DNA of 64,000 nt from a virus. Where the stretch lies: the IMG/VR virus record IMGVR_UViG_3300032307_000797, one strand, 5' to 3'. Shown here piece by piece: positions 1 through 11,355 of this stretch (positions are counted from its first letter, which is position 1; each line of letters opens with the position of its first letter). Both the position numbers and the translations under genes were made by a program. Below the pieces are notes generated by a model. The model was not told the DNA's origin and did not search any database. It worked only from the letters and a program-made list of their open reading frames with translations.

Positions 1-1645
1 GTATGTTGTTTATAAATGGGTAACTTGTGCCAAAACCTTCGGGGTCAATAAACCCATGGTCATATAAATCTCTCCATTTCCACAATAACTCGTCCTCAAA
101 GTATTTTGCGTTTTGTGGTAATCCATATACTTGACTTGTATTTGAAGATTCAACATATGGCGATAACTGTCTTAGTTTTACCCTATGATGTGGTTGATAG
201 TATAAACCTACCATATTATCAACAGACGCACCTGAGAAGGTTGCCGAATCATCTTGGTCGTGGTCAAAAATTGTGGTGGGTGATGTTATCTTATGGTACG
301 CTTCACTAACCACTCTTTCCTTTAATTCTGATTTATTATATTCAATAAATGCACCGTTAAGAGTGGTTCCTGTTGTAATGGTTCCTCCCGAAATAAACGT
401 TGTTCCTGACTTTGTGAATGAACCATATGGTACGGTAGTTTCTACTGATGTTGTACCACTAAAATGTTGGTCAATCCATGTGTCATGGAAATTAAATTTA
501 TAACCAACTTTATATGGGTAATCAAAATATCCATTTTTGTTTTTGAATACAACTGAAACATAAACATCTGTTGGTAAGTACCCAAGGTTGTTGGTTAATC
601 CCGTTAATGTAAACGGCTCTTTGAAATCATAAATCAACGATTCCATTCTATTTCTAACCACTAACACATCATTATCACCAACACTATTTTCAAATACCAA
701 TTTTCTTTCGTTTTCCCATATAGATGATTCAAATCCAATCTTATCAAGGATGAACGCATCTCCCATGGTTATCACTTTATGTTTATGAACATAGTATGTT
801 GATATGGTCTCATCTAATCTGTTTCTATTAATACATCTTTTACCAAAAACTACCGTCGATAATGTGGTGCCCGATGGTATTTCAGATTTACTAATTTCTA
901 ACACATAATTTTCAGAATTATATAATTCACTTCCAACCGAAACAACTGAGAATGTTCTACCGGATTGTGGTACCGTGTTATTTAATGTACCACCCGAAAT
1001 CACCACATACTCACCCCTACTAATACCGTGTTCAACAGGACTCGTTAAGAAGTACGATGATTTGTTTTCTGTAACTCTAAACGGTATTCCATCACCCGCA
1101 GTAAAACTATAAACAGTATTACCACTTAACGTGTATTTCATCGGGTGAGACGAGTCACCTGAATAAACATATGATAAACAGATATTCCAATTATGGAATG
1201 GTGCCGTGATTGGGGTTATTTCAATGTGGTCAGTTTGACCCGTAATAACAATATTTTGAGTGAATGCCGATAACACACTTGTTGATGTCGGGTCATTAGT
1301 TTCCCTTACAACATCATCTCTTAAAAACGCAAATTCATTGTATGGTAAAAATCCATCAAATCTATTACCATCATCATACACCAAATATAAATTCTTTTTT
1401 AGTGGTTGGTATCCTGTTGTACCACTATAAAGGTTTCTAAAAACCATTTTAAGTTTTCCATGAATCTTATAATGAGGACTTTCATTTCTTTCTTTAGCAA
1501 AAAGAATTGATGTGTCTAATAGAATAGTTCTATCACCTTCTCTGAGCAAATTTTTAGATTCATCTAAATTTATTTTTAGATTTAAATCTTCATCAATTGC
1601 TCCGAAGAATTTTTTAGATGGTAATATGAGTCTTTTCTTTTCCAT
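1..1645 (-). CDS. Putative virion (baseplate-associated) structural protein, 3'-partial (runs off window start); missing from ORF track
   Basis: ATG at 1645 overlaps the TAA of the upstream gene (TAATG). Frame reads MEKKRLILPSKKFFGAIDEDLNLKINLD... and stays open to position 1. Rich in SGxT/TGxT motifs like neighbouring virion genes. Confidence 0.8.
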   Translation of the reverse strand, partial: MEKKRLILPSKKFFGAIDEDLNLKINLDESKNLLREGDRTILLDTSILFAKERNESPHYKIHGKLKMVFRNLYSGTTGYQPLKKNLYLVYDDGNRFDGFLPYNEFAFLRDDVVRETNDPTSTSVLSAFTQNIVITGQTDHIEITPITAPFHNWNICLSYVYSGDSSHPMKYTLSGNTVYSFTAGDGIPFRVTENKSSYFLTSPVEHGISRGEYVVISGGTLNNTVPQSGRTFSVVSVGSELYNSENYVLEISKSEIPSGTTLSTVVFGKRCINRNRLDETISTYYVHKHKVITMGDAFILDKIGFESSIWENERKLVFENSVGDNDVLVVRNRMESLIYDFKEPFTLTGLTNNLGYLPTDVYVSVVFKNKNGYFDYPYKVGYKFNFHDTWIDQHFSGTTSVETTVPYGSFTKSGTTFISGGTITTGTTLNGAFIEYNKSELKERVVSEAYHKITSPTTIFDHDQDDSATFSGASVDNMVGLYYQPHHRVKLRQLSPYVESSNTSQVYGLPQNAKYFEDELLWKWRDLYDHGFIDPEGFGTSYPFINNI

Positions 1646-4600
1646 TATTCAGCTGGTGGGAACGCCCCTAAAGGACCAAAACGTTTTATGAATTTATCAA
1701 CACCTGTGTTACCCGGTCTTAATCCAAAATAGAATTGGAATGGGGTCGATAATATTTGTTTATTACCCGAATAGTAATCTTGTGTTTTTCTTATTATAAA
1801 ATCCATTGTACTATCCCAAGTCAATGAATGCCACGTACCCGCGGTACCGTATCTTGTATACAGTATACCCGACGTTGGGGTTGTTACAGTTCCACCGGTT
1901 ACCCACAAATACGTAAAGCCAGGATATTGAGTATCATATGACGTGTGATTATCTGTTACAGAATCTTCAACAACATCAAATTCAACTGCGTTTGTTACAT
2001 TTAAACCACTGATTGATAAGCCACTAAAAGTGTATGTCATCGGTAACAATAAATAAGGGTCAGATGGGTCATTTGTACCACCTGTTAATGTATAACCATA
2101 AGTCATTCCTTGTAATGGTTGACTTTCAATCAATGTATAATCCCAAGATTGGTCGTCCTTTGTTGCATCGTTATATGGACCAAATCCCGGACCTCCTTTA
2201 TCCCATAAAAAGAAAGGAACTTCTTGGGAAGCTTCAGTTAATCTACCCGGTTCATTTAAACATGCACGGACTCTTTGACCATCGTTATCAAATTCCATGG
2301 TAATTGGTGTCGGTCCCCATACTGTTGTCCCACTTTTAAAAACCGTAGGATATGTTTCGGGGTCAAGAATTTGATAAGAGTAACCCAAATATTTTGGACT
2401 CTGTAAATTAAATTCTTCAATACCAACTTCATTATTAATTGATATTAATTGAAGTATGTCTCCGTCTAAAACTTTTCTACCAAATCCTGATTGTTGGAAT
2501 CCATCGTTGTCAAAAAATTCATTCAAACTAAAGTTTTCGTCTGCCTCGGTATCCATTCTATAGTTAATAACTAACCCAAGTAATTCCCCAAAACTTTGGA
2601 ATGATGATGGACCAATTGACCTTACAACTGAACAATTAGGGTCAAGTGCGGGGTCTGTACATATTTCTTTAATAAATTCATCTCTCGGACCTAAATCAAC
2701 CATTGTTGTTGGGTGCCCTAATCTTTTTTGATTTGTTGAGTATGTTTCGCCTTGGAATACACCGAATGCAGATGATTTAGTTGAACGATAATAGAAACGT
2801 TTCACCTCATCCCCACTAGTTGTTTCTTTGACTTTATAATAAAGTAAGTCTTCACAATAATTTGTTCGAGCATAATTTAAATCGAGAGCTTCTTCATCAT
2901 CCCATCTAACCTTTGCCTTGAATTGGAAAAAATATAATGAACCACTTAACCAATTATCGATATAACCGTAGTTTACAATTCCTCCACAGAACATTGTTCC
3001 TACTCTTTTTCTTCTTCTATATTCTTTTAGTATTGAGAATATTCTACCAACACTTTGTGAGCCAGGAAGAAAATAGAATACTCCGTTACTGAATTCACTA
3101 TAAGCCCTACCTCCAGTGTCTGCCGGAGTATTTGGTGAATATGTGTCACCAGCATAAGATGTTGGTAATCCGTATTCATTATTGTTTGATAATCTGGTTG
3201 CAGTAACATCCATTCCCGCGGTGTACGTTGAGGATGGGGTTCTACCTGTTCCTATATAATACGTCTCAACTATATTTTCATTGTATGGTATATCATATAA
3301 TTCACATCCTTCCTCTAATTGAGTCGTGACTGATAATGGATTTTCAACTTCGTTTACGTCTCTAATTTCACAATCATATACTTGTGAATCACTAAATAAA
3401 CCTTCAGGGTCTTGGAATGTTAATGTGTATCCCGTACAGATTGGGTTTAATGGGTCGGTAGTGTCATAATCAACAACGATACTAAATCCAGTATCCCCTG
3501 AACTTGTTATTGGGGTCAGAGGAACAATTGTGGTAGTTCCACCCGATGTTGTGTGTGTTAAAACATAGTTCGCCTGATTATTAACAAAATCTTGAGCACT
3601 TGTACATTGGTCAGTATTCCATATTAATGTTGCACCACTACATGTACCTCCGGTATATGGGTTAGTACTATAATAAACATCACTACCTACAATTAAATTT
3701 CTATTTCCTTCATCACTACTACCAGTAATGTCAATAGTACCAACTTCACAATAATCAAGTTCACTTACCTCACCCTGTGAAGTACCAAATTCACTATCAC
3801 CATTACATTCTTCACATTCAGGATAGTTTATTAAGTATAATTTTCTTTGAGTCGCATCTTGGAATCTATATGCCCCTTTTCTGATTGTTCTTGCCAATCT
3901 TCTAATTGGCCAGAAATCCACAGCATCCGCCAAACTATGTAGAAAATACGCAACCACATTTGTTAAGAAAAATGTGAATAGATTAATTAAGTGTTCAAAT
4001 AATAATAAAACATCCGCGATTAATAATTGGAATGTATAATTTTTAAATCCAAAATTAACGGGTGGAGTTAATGAACTTCCCGCACAATCTTCTTCTTCTG
4101 AAGGTACCAATTCTTTTAAACCTAAGAATCTATCTTTTGTAAATGAATCCCCTTTAAAATATGAACCTTGGAAAGATGATACCGTGTAAACTTTGTTATA
4201 ATTTAATCTATAGAAATAATCTTCGGGATAATAAAACCCATCAGTGTTACTCAAAATATAATTCTCAACCGCATGTGAAGGATAATCATCATAGTTTGTT
4301 GAGAACGCGTATGATGCGTCTACATTATTTGAATATTCTCTGATATTAGGGACTAAATAATCGGCATTTGCACGTACTCTTTCCAATCCTTCATCAGATA
4401 AACTAAATCTAAATCTATAACATGCTGAAGTTGGAATACCCTTATTTGGGTCATTGGTGTATTCATTTTCACCAAACTCGTTGGTGTATAAATAATCCAT
4501 ATTCATTGTTACAGGAACAATGAATGAACCATCCTCGTCAATATCCTCATTAAGTTCTACTTGTTCAAGAATTGGTCTATATTCTTCGTCTTTTCTACTT

Positions 4601-5487
4601 GAGAATCGTATTGCTTCTACCTTACCTGTTTTAGTAACAAGGTCACATTTACGACCCATTTTTCTTCTTGGTGTACAGTTCTTGTTTACCGAACTTTTAC
4701 CAGTGTCGGTGAATGTTCCACCAATAACATATGCCTTAGGTTCAATCCTTACCCCTTTACTTGACAAATCAAAGTCAGTTCTTGTGATTCCAATCTCACA
4801 TAAATCTTCATTACCCCAAAATGGGTAAACTTCTATAGTTTGATTGAATGAAACAATTTGTGGTAATGCGTCGAGGTCTTCTGATGTTTTAAAAGTGTAT
4901 TCGTTTTTGAATTGGTCGACACCCATACCTTGACGAATAAAATCGTCAGGTCTTAATGAAAAACAACCAATATCGGAAAGGTCAACATCAACATGAATTG
5001 TTTGGGTGCCGAGCGGTACTCCCCAAATCATGAAATCACCCGCATCATTTGTTTTTGCGGTGTACTTGTAATATTTTTCGTAAACCTCAAGAATCTCTTC
5101 TCGAGTTAAAACGTCTTTTTGGTCAGGAAATGTACCTGTCGGAGCATGTCCTCCGTGTTGTTTTCTTGAGGGTAAGAGATTATACCTGTGTCCTGTGTCA
5201 TTTTTATCGGTTACCGATGTAAATGGATATAATTGAGAAACAATAGGGTCTTCACTATCAGTTTCAGTTAAAGGAACAAATATTGAAATTCTTGCATTTG
5301 GTACTCCAAATCCGTTGTTAACAGAAATTCTACCGACAACTACCCCATAATCGGAGCACATTGATGTATAAACATCCGTTTGGGTGAATTTTAATGATAA
5401 AATTTCCAATAAGTCATAATCCTGTTTTAACTCGACTGTGACTTTTTGGTCCCTACCAATATTTGTACTTATTCTGTGTTTCTGCAT
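1645..5487 (-). CDS. Large putative baseplate/tail-associated structural protein (1280 aa)
   Basis: Directly downstream of the gp6-like wedge gene; preceded by TATTTATA; N-terminal GRISVNNGFGVPNARISIF...TNDAGDFMIWGVPLG resembles a carboxypeptidase-regulatory-like beta-sandwich; Cys-rich segments. Confidence 0.6.
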   Translation of the reverse strand: MQKHRISTNIGRDQKVTVELKQDYDLLEILSLKFTQTDVYTSMCSDYGVVVGRISVNNGFGVPNARISIFVPLTETDSEDPIVSQLYPFTSVTDKNDTGHRYNLLPSRKQHGGHAPTGTFPDQKDVLTREEILEVYEKYYKYTAKTNDAGDFMIWGVPLGTQTIHVDVDLSDIGCFSLRPDDFIRQGMGVDQFKNEYTFKTSEDLDALPQIVSFNQTIEVYPFWGNEDLCEIGITRTDFDLSSKGVRIEPKAYVIGGTFTDTGKSSVNKNCTPRRKMGRKCDLVTKTGKVEAIRFSSRKDEEYRPILEQVELNEDIDEDGSFIVPVTMNMDYLYTNEFGENEYTNDPNKGIPTSACYRFRFSLSDEGLERVRANADYLVPNIREYSNNVDASYAFSTNYDDYPSHAVENYILSNTDGFYYPEDYFYRLNYNKVYTVSSFQGSYFKGDSFTKDRFLGLKELVPSEEEDCAGSSLTPPVNFGFKNYTFQLLIADVLLLFEHLINLFTFFLTNVVAYFLHSLADAVDFWPIRRLARTIRKGAYRFQDATQRKLYLINYPECEECNGDSEFGTSQGEVSELDYCEVGTIDITGSSDEGNRNLIVGSDVYYSTNPYTGGTCSGATLIWNTDQCTSAQDFVNNQANYVLTHTTSGGTTTIVPLTPITSSGDTGFSIVVDYDTTDPLNPICTGYTLTFQDPEGLFSDSQVYDCEIRDVNEVENPLSVTTQLEEGCELYDIPYNENIVETYYIGTGRTPSSTYTAGMDVTATRLSNNNEYGLPTSYAGDTYSPNTPADTGGRAYSEFSNGVFYFLPGSQSVGRIFSILKEYRRRKRVGTMFCGGIVNYGYIDNWLSGSLYFFQFKAKVRWDDEEALDLNYARTNYCEDLLYYKVKETTSGDEVKRFYYRSTKSSAFGVFQGETYSTNQKRLGHPTTMVDLGPRDEFIKEICTDPALDPNCSVVRSIGPSSFQSFGELLGLVINYRMDTEADENFSLNEFFDNDGFQQSGFGRKVLDGDILQLISINNEVGIEEFNLQSPKYLGYSYQILDPETYPTVFKSGTTVWGPTPITMEFDNDGQRVRACLNEPGRLTEASQEVPFFLWDKGGPGFGPYNDATKDDQSWDYTLIESQPLQGMTYGYTLTGGTNDPSDPYLLLPMTYTFSGLSISGLNVTNAVEFDVVEDSVTDNHTSYDTQYPGFTYLWVTGGTVTTPTSGILYTRYGTAGTWHSLTWDSTMDFIIRKTQDYYSGNKQILSTPFQFYFGLRPGNTGVDKFIKRFGPLGAFPPAE

Positions 5488-5497
5488 ACCTTACCTA

Positions 5498-5505
5498 TAT
5501 AAATA
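5498..5505 (-). promoter_or_regulatory. Putative phage late promoter motif TATTTATA
   Basis: Sense-strand TATTTATA 10 nt upstream of ATG at 5487; same motif precedes about 14 structural genes. Confidence 0.6.
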
Positions 5506-5545
5506 GAAATCTATTTATTTTCTTAAAAAATACAGAAAATAAAAA

Positions 5546-7378
5546 TTAGAATGTAGTCGAACCGAGAGTTTTGACTCTTATTTTGATATCTTTATTCGGG
5601 AATCGTATTTGGAAAATCTGATTAGATTTCATGTATACCGTCATGTCAGATTGTAAGATTTCCTTAGTTGCAGGGTCAGAATAAGATTGTGCAACTTCGG
5701 CACTTGAATACTCACCACCGGTTAAGTTGAAAACTCGTACATCAACAACGTTCACGACCCCATTTACTTGTCCGATTAATCTATTTAAATCACCAACAAG
5801 AAGTGGGTCTCCCATCTTTCTTTTTTCAATCGCAAAATATTCAACAATGTCTTCAATAGAGGTTTTAATGATTTCAGTTTGATTACCGTTTTTATCAATA
5901 ACCAAATCAATCTCAAGTCCCATATCAATTACTTGTCCACTTTCAATATCCACATAATCGTTAATCATACGATATTCGGACAAGTAGTTAAGGATATTAT
6001 TTTTTAGGGTTGTCGACACGGTATCTGAAAGATTACCATTTTCGTCATATGATAACAATTTGATTTTTACCTTGTTATCTTCCTCCATCACATTAACCTT
6101 AGCCGGCGCACCATATGTTGACGGCATCGTCTCAATCAATGATTTATAATCGTTCAATGTCACCGCTCTGTTTTGTGCTGCGAAATTGTAAGCAATCATG
6201 TTTCTTATTTCATCGATTGATGGTTGGTCCGCTCCACCGATTGCCGGTGTTATGTTGGTAACAATCAATGATTGATTTACTTGTGAATTAATTGATGAGT
6301 TAGGACCGTTTAATACGAAATCAACGTCATCAATACTTGTAACGACATTCACACCTAAATTACTGTCCTTACCACCACCAATACGATATTTGATGAATAC
6401 AGTTGTACCCACCTTAGGTAATGCACCTAATGACATGTTATTTAAATAGGTCCCTAAGTTTACTTTTAGTGAACCATTCATGTAATCGTCAAGATTATCC
6501 ATTGGGTCCACATTACCACTACCAAATGTTACTGAGAAATAACCTTCAGGTGTATATTCTGTGATGAATTTATTGGCAACTGAAATATATTTTCCCGCCC
6601 TAAAATTATCCTTATCGGATGCGTTAGTTGGGTCCTGAACAAATACTTTATCTTGAATTAATGATTTAACTTCATACCATTTATTTGTTGGGTCCAAGAA
6701 TTCAGAGTTTGTTGGGTTACCCGCAAATGATGTACCATCTTTATGGATAACCGAAGTAATACCTAAAACATTTTGTTCAGGTAAATAAAGTTTTAAGAAT
6801 GGTTTTTGGTCAAGTTCAGTAATAACTTTTCTAAAGATTCTTGTTACACCGTTTACCACCGCTTCTCTTTTGGTAATGGTATATGATATCAAACGATTGT
6901 TCCCATCGAAATTAGGAATCTTTAATCTATTGGGTTCACCTTTACTATTGAAAGGGTTAGCAAAATCAATGTCTTCAATTGTTTCAAATGATTGTCCACC
7001 ACCACTAACTTGTGCACCTGCTTTGATTGTTCCTAAATAACGTTCATCTTCTTTATCACCTCTAACGGGTACATTAATACTAAAATCACATAGTGCAACT
7101 GAAGGTCTTGTACCGGGTAATCTAATACCATATGTTTTAGCAATATGGAAAAGAGATTGTCTTTGTTGAGCAAAATCCAACATTGTTTCTTGCCAAACTC
7201 TATCAATATGATAATGTAAGTTATCGGTAACCGCCGCGTTTAAATCCAATAGTACAGAATAAATCGATGCGTCATTAGTATTCTTTACTAAATCGGGATA
7301 GTATTCTTTTGTTAGATTAACTAATTCCTGTCTTAATCCCGCAAAATCTCTCGTTGCGTATGATATCTTTTTAGCCAT
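5546..7378 (-). CDS. Baseplate wedge subunit (T4 gp6 / P2 gpJ-like)
   Basis: N-terminal YATRDFAGLRQEL, AQQRQSLFHIAKTYG, and GGADQPSIDEIR...AQNRAVTLNDY motifs typical of gp6/baseplate J; next to gp25-like gene. Confidence 0.9.
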   Translation of the reverse strand: MAKKISYATRDFAGLRQELVNLTKEYYPDLVKNTNDASIYSVLLDLNAAVTDNLHYHIDRVWQETMLDFAQQRQSLFHIAKTYGIRLPGTRPSVALCDFSINVPVRGDKEDERYLGTIKAGAQVSGGGQSFETIEDIDFANPFNSKGEPNRLKIPNFDGNNRLISYTITKREAVVNGVTRIFRKVITELDQKPFLKLYLPEQNVLGITSVIHKDGTSFAGNPTNSEFLDPTNKWYEVKSLIQDKVFVQDPTNASDKDNFRAGKYISVANKFITEYTPEGYFSVTFGSGNVDPMDNLDDYMNGSLKVNLGTYLNNMSLGALPKVGTTVFIKYRIGGGKDSNLGVNVVTSIDDVDFVLNGPNSSINSQVNQSLIVTNITPAIGGADQPSIDEIRNMIAYNFAAQNRAVTLNDYKSLIETMPSTYGAPAKVNVMEEDNKVKIKLLSYDENGNLSDTVSTTLKNNILNYLSEYRMINDYVDIESGQVIDMGLEIDLVIDKNGNQTEIIKTSIEDIVEYFAIEKRKMGDPLLVGDLNRLIGQVNGVVNVVDVRVFNLTGGEYSSAEVAQSYSDPATKEILQSDMTVYMKSNQIFQIRFPNKDIKIRVKTLGSTTF

Positions 7379-7379
7379 A

Positions 7380-7832
7380 TTATATGTTAATAATTATAAA
7401 ATCTGACGAACTAAATGGTTCATTATTAATTTCGTAATCGAGTCTAACTTTTGCGGTGTATGGTTTGGTTGAACTGTCAGATACTCTAAATAATCTCGCA
7501 TCGTCCTCCTCACTTACACTCCTTGGTTCCTCGTCATCTTGGTCCGCCGCAGTAATTCTAATCGATGTTATATCTAAATTTGGAATGTATTTTTTTACCG
7601 TAGTTCTAATTTCATCCTCAATCATTTGAAATGTAACTGCGTCGTTTGGTTCAAAAATAAATTCATATAACCTTGTACCAAAATCAGGTAGATAATAACG
7701 TGTACCTCTTCTGGTCAAAATAAGGTGCAATAGATTCGCCCTAATTTCCCTGTCAGGAGCTTCTGTCATCTCAAGGAAATTACCCTTTCTACTAATTCTA
7801 AATGGATAATCTATACCATATGTTGTTGCCAT
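7380..7832 (-). CDS. Baseplate wedge / sheath initiator (T4 gp25-like, GPW/gp25 family)
   Basis: IRANLLHLILTRRGTRYYLPDFGTRLYEFIFEP motif. Confidence 0.9.
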   Translation of the reverse strand: MATTYGIDYPFRISRKGNFLEMTEAPDREIRANLLHLILTRRGTRYYLPDFGTRLYEFIFEPNDAVTFQMIEDEIRTTVKKYIPNLDITSIRITAADQDDEEPRSVSEEDDARLFRVSDSSTKPYTAKVRLDYEINNEPFSSSDFIIINI

Positions 7833-7867
7833 ATCAATAAATATAAAGAAACTCGGAATACATATAA

Positions 7868-7895
7868 ATAAAAAATCCCGACCTAAGCCGGGATT
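7868..7895 (-). terminator. Rho-independent terminator after nrdA
   Basis: Minus strand AATCCCG-gcttaggt-CGGGATT followed by a T tract. Confidence 0.75.
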
Positions 7896-7917
7896 ATTAC
7901 AATAATTCTATTTTATC

Positions 7918-10347
7918 TTATGAACCACAACCCTCACATTCGAATGGAGAATCCGTGGGTCTCGACATTGTAACCATTTCCATTAATTTCATCTCTTCGG
8001 ATGTGTCTTGTATGAAATTGTTAGTTGTAGGTACTTCTATCGCCTCTGAAATAGGTTTAACTGTGGAAGTATCGATTCCCAACCCTTTTAATGGGTCAAC
8101 CGCCGCTCTTGTTCTTAGGTAGTACATACCCGTTTTCAAACCAAGTTTCCAACCATAAAGATGTGCTGCCAATACCTTTTGTTTAGATGCATTATCAATG
8201 AATAAATTCAATGATTGTGATTGGTCAATGAAGATTGAACGGTTAGCAGCCATAGTTAAGATTCTCTTCTGTGACATTTCCCATACGGTCTTGAATACTT
8301 CTTTGATGTCTGTTGGGATTTCAGGAATATTCTGAACTGAACCGTTTTCCATAATCAACTTTTTCTTAATATCGTCAGACCATATTTTTCTTTCAAGTAA
8401 TACCTTAACTAAGTGTTTGTTTACAACAATAAATTCACCACCAAGAGTTCTTCTTGAAAATAAATTAGAAGTGAATGGTTCAAACGCTTCGTTATTACCT
8501 AAAATTTGTGCGGTTGATGCTGTTGGCATTGGTGCAACTAATAATGAGTTTCTAACACCGAATTTTACAACCTCTTTTCTTAGAGATTTCCAATCCCATC
8601 TACCGCTCATATCCTTATCGGTCTTACCCCATAATTGATATTGGAAAGTACCTTCAGAAAGTGGTGAACCGTTAAAGGTCTCATATGCTCCGTTTTCTTT
8701 AGCAACATCTTTTGATGATGACAATGCCGCGAAATAAATTGTTTCGAAAATATCTGTTTGTAATTTATCGGCGTTTTCGCTTTCAAATGGTAGTGACAAC
8801 ATACAGAATACATCGGCCAAACCTTGAACACCTAAACCAACAGGTCTGTGTCTCATATTTGAACGTTTTGTTTCTTCAGTTGGGTAGAAGTTCAAATCAA
8901 TTACATTATTCAAATTTTGTACAACTTGATATGTGTACTCATACAATAACTCGTGACTGAATTCTCCGTCCACTACATATTTTGGTAATGCAATTGACGC
9001 AAGGTTACAAACCGCTTGTTCCTCAGGACTTGAGTACTCAATAATTTCAGTACATAGGTTTGAAGATTTAATTGTACCAATATTCTTTTGGTTTGATTTG
9101 TAGTTCGCCGCATCCTTATACAACATATAAGGGGTACCTGTTTCGATTTGAGCGGTTAAGATTGCATCCATCAATTTTCTCGCCTTTACAACTCTACGTG
9201 CTCTACCTTCTTGTTCATATTGTTCATATAAACGAGTAAACGCTTTGTCTTCAGGGGTATCATAGATGTCGGATAATCCTGGAGCTTCGTCAGGTGAGAA
9301 TAATGACCAATCTCCGTCACTCTCAACTCTTTGCATAAATAAATCAGGTGTCCACATAGCTAAGAACAAATCTCTTGCTCTCATTTCTTCTTTACCGTGA
9401 TTCTTTCTCAAATCGATGAATTCAAATACATCTGAGTGCCATGGTTCAAGATAAACAGCAAAAGAACCTTTTCTTTTACCACCTTGGTTAATCCAACGAG
9501 CAACTTCATTATATGTTTTCATCATTGGGAGGAGTCCGTCAGATTCTCCGCCCGTTCCTTTAATATATGAACCTTTGGCTCTTACATCGTGAACGTGTAA
9601 TCCAATACCACCGGCCCATTTAGAAATCTTAGCAACGTCTTTGATAGTATCAAATAAACCATCAATATCGTCACCCTTGTTTCCAATTAAGAAACAAGAA
9701 GACATCTGTGGACGACGAGTTCCCGCATTGAACAATGTTGGAGTTGCATGGGTATAGAAGTGTTGTGATAAATCATCATAGATTCTCAACGCCATTTCTA
9801 AGTTACCATTACAAATACCAACAGCAACTCTCATGTACATGTACTGAGGTCTCTCAACAATTCGTTTACCAATTTTTAAAAGATACGAACGCTCAAGAGT
9901 TTTAAATCCAAAATAATCGAAATCTAAATCACGTTCTTGTCTAATGGCACCATCAAGTGCCTCTCTATTTTGATGAACAAACTTAGCAACTTCGTCATCA
10001 ATTAATGATGATTCCTTACCTGTTTTTGGTTCATTAAATGAGTGTAATTCTTTAATTGCTTGTGAGAATTTTTTTGGTGTTGTCTTGTGTAGATTGGATA
10101 CCGCTAAACGTCCTGCTAATTTTGCATAATCAGGATGTGTGGTAACCAAAGATGCTGCAGTTTCTGCAGCCAAAATATCAAGTTCAACAGTTGAAATACC
10201 ATCGTAAATTCCCTGTGTTACTTTAAGTGTGACCAATGTTGGGTCAACATATTCAATATCCAAATCATCACAGAAGTATTGCATTCTTCTTGTGATTTTG
10301 TCATATCTCATCTCCTCGAGGGAGCCATCTCTCTTCTTTACTTTCAT
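7918..10347 (-). CDS. nrdA: Ribonucleoside-diphosphate reductase class Ia alpha subunit with ATP cone
   Basis: N-terminal VKKRDG ATP cone, ATPTLFNAG, SSCFL, SNLCTEI, VCNLAS, PTAST motifs and C-terminal CEGC; no intein or intron seen. Confidence 0.97.
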   Translation of the reverse strand: MKVKKRDGSLEEMRYDKITRRMQYFCDDLDIEYVDPTLVTLKVTQGIYDGISTVELDILAAETAASLVTTHPDYAKLAGRLAVSNLHKTTPKKFSQAIKELHSFNEPKTGKESSLIDDEVAKFVHQNREALDGAIRQERDLDFDYFGFKTLERSYLLKIGKRIVERPQYMYMRVAVGICNGNLEMALRIYDDLSQHFYTHATPTLFNAGTRRPQMSSCFLIGNKGDDIDGLFDTIKDVAKISKWAGGIGLHVHDVRAKGSYIKGTGGESDGLLPMMKTYNEVARWINQGGKRKGSFAVYLEPWHSDVFEFIDLRKNHGKEEMRARDLFLAMWTPDLFMQRVESDGDWSLFSPDEAPGLSDIYDTPEDKAFTRLYEQYEQEGRARRVVKARKLMDAILTAQIETGTPYMLYKDAANYKSNQKNIGTIKSSNLCTEIIEYSSPEEQAVCNLASIALPKYVVDGEFSHELLYEYTYQVVQNLNNVIDLNFYPTEETKRSNMRHRPVGLGVQGLADVFCMLSLPFESENADKLQTDIFETIYFAALSSSKDVAKENGAYETFNGSPLSEGTFQYQLWGKTDKDMSGRWDWKSLRKEVVKFGVRNSLLVAPMPTASTAQILGNNEAFEPFTSNLFSRRTLGGEFIVVNKHLVKVLLERKIWSDDIKKKLIMENGSVQNIPEIPTDIKEVFKTVWEMSQKRILTMAANRSIFIDQSQSLNLFIDNASKQKVLAAHLYGWKLGLKTGMYYLRTRAAVDPLKGLGIDTSTVKPISEAIEVPTTNNFIQDTSEEMKLMEMVTMSRPTDSPFECEGCGS

Positions 10348-10360
10348 GTTGTTTGATTAA

Positions 10361-11335
10361 TTAAAAATCGATATCATCAATATTAGTTATGTCTTCAATT
10401 GAAGAATTGGTAGCTACTCCCGCTTTTTGGTATTCTGCAACTCTTTTCTCAAAGAAATTGGTTTTACCTTGAATTGCGATATTCTCCATAAAATCAAATG
10501 GGTTGTTAGAGTTGTAAACTTTAGAAACACCAAGTGACATTAACAATCTATCTGTAACAAATTCTAAGTATTGAGCCATAAGGTCTGAATTCATACCAAT
10601 CAAACGAACCGGTAATGCCTCAAGAATGAATTCCTTTTCAATCTCCAAAGCCCCGCAGATAATCTCTTTAATTTTTGCTTGAGTTAGTTTTTTCTGAATG
10701 TGATTGTTATGTAAATGACATGCAAAATCACAGTGCATTCCTTCATCACGTGAAATGAGCTCATTTGAGAAGGTTAAACCTGGCATTAAACCACGTTTTT
10801 TGAGCCAGAAAATGGAACAGAATGAGCCAGAAAAGAAAATACCTTCAACCGCAGCAAATGCAATAAGTCGTTCAACGAATGAGTCAGAGTTAATCCACTT
10901 GATTGCCCATTCCGCTTTCTTCTTGATAGCGGGTACTGTCTCAATTGCGTTGAACAAACGATTTTGTTCTTCCTTATCTTTGATGTAAGTGTCAATCAAA
11001 AGTGAGTATGTTTCACTATGAATGTTTTCCATCATGATTTGGAAACCATAAAACATTTTAGCTTCGGTATATTGAACTTCATTAACAAAGTTCATCGCTA
11101 AGTTTTCATTTACAATACCATCAGAAGCCGCGAAGAACGCCAACACATGTTTTACAAAGTGTTGTTCGTCTTCATTTAACTTATTGTCCCAATCATTAAT
11201 ATCTTGGGCTAAGTCGATTTCTTCTGCGGTCCAAAAACACGCTTCCTGTTGTTTGTAAAGTTTCCAAATATCGTGGTGTTCGATTGGGAAGAGGACAAAA
11301 CGTCCCGGATTTTCTTGTAAAATCTTTTCTTTCAT
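10361..11335 (-). CDS. nrdB: Ribonucleoside-diphosphate reductase class Ia beta subunit
   Basis: [44 protein letters not shown] di-iron/tyrosyl radical motifs. Confidence 0.97.
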   Translation of the reverse strand: MKEKILQENPGRFVLFPIEHHDIWKLYKQQEACFWTAEEIDLAQDINDWDNKLNEDEQHFVKHVLAFFAASDGIVNENLAMNFVNEVQYTEAKMFYGFQIMMENIHSETYSLLIDTYIKDKEEQNRLFNAIETVPAIKKKAEWAIKWINSDSFVERLIAFAAVEGIFFSGSFCSIFWLKKRGLMPGLTFSNELISRDEGMHCDFACHLHNNHIQKKLTQAKIKEIICGALEIEKEFILEALPVRLIGMNSDLMAQYLEFVTDRLLMSLGVSKVYNSNNPFDFMENIAIQGKTNFFEKRVAEYQKAGVATNSSIEDITNIDDIDF

Positions 11336-11355
11336 GGTCTAATAAAGTTTTTTGA

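Noticed and set aside
106-503. Short plus-strand ORFs 106-309 and 273-503
   Set aside because: Antisense shadows of the long minus-strand ORF starting at 1645 that the track missed.
5498-5505. Plus-strand TATAAATA as a canonical T4 late promoter
   Set aside because: It would point away from the adjacent gene start in every case; plus-strand genes have TATTTATA instead, so the functional orientation is reversed.
7918-11335. Eukaryotic or NCLDV origin suggested by eukaryote-like NrdA/B, SNF2 and a Ubl
   Set aside because: The contractile tail module, bacterial terminators and promoters, and overlapping operons indicate a tailed phage; this NrdA subclass also occurs in Bacteroidota.
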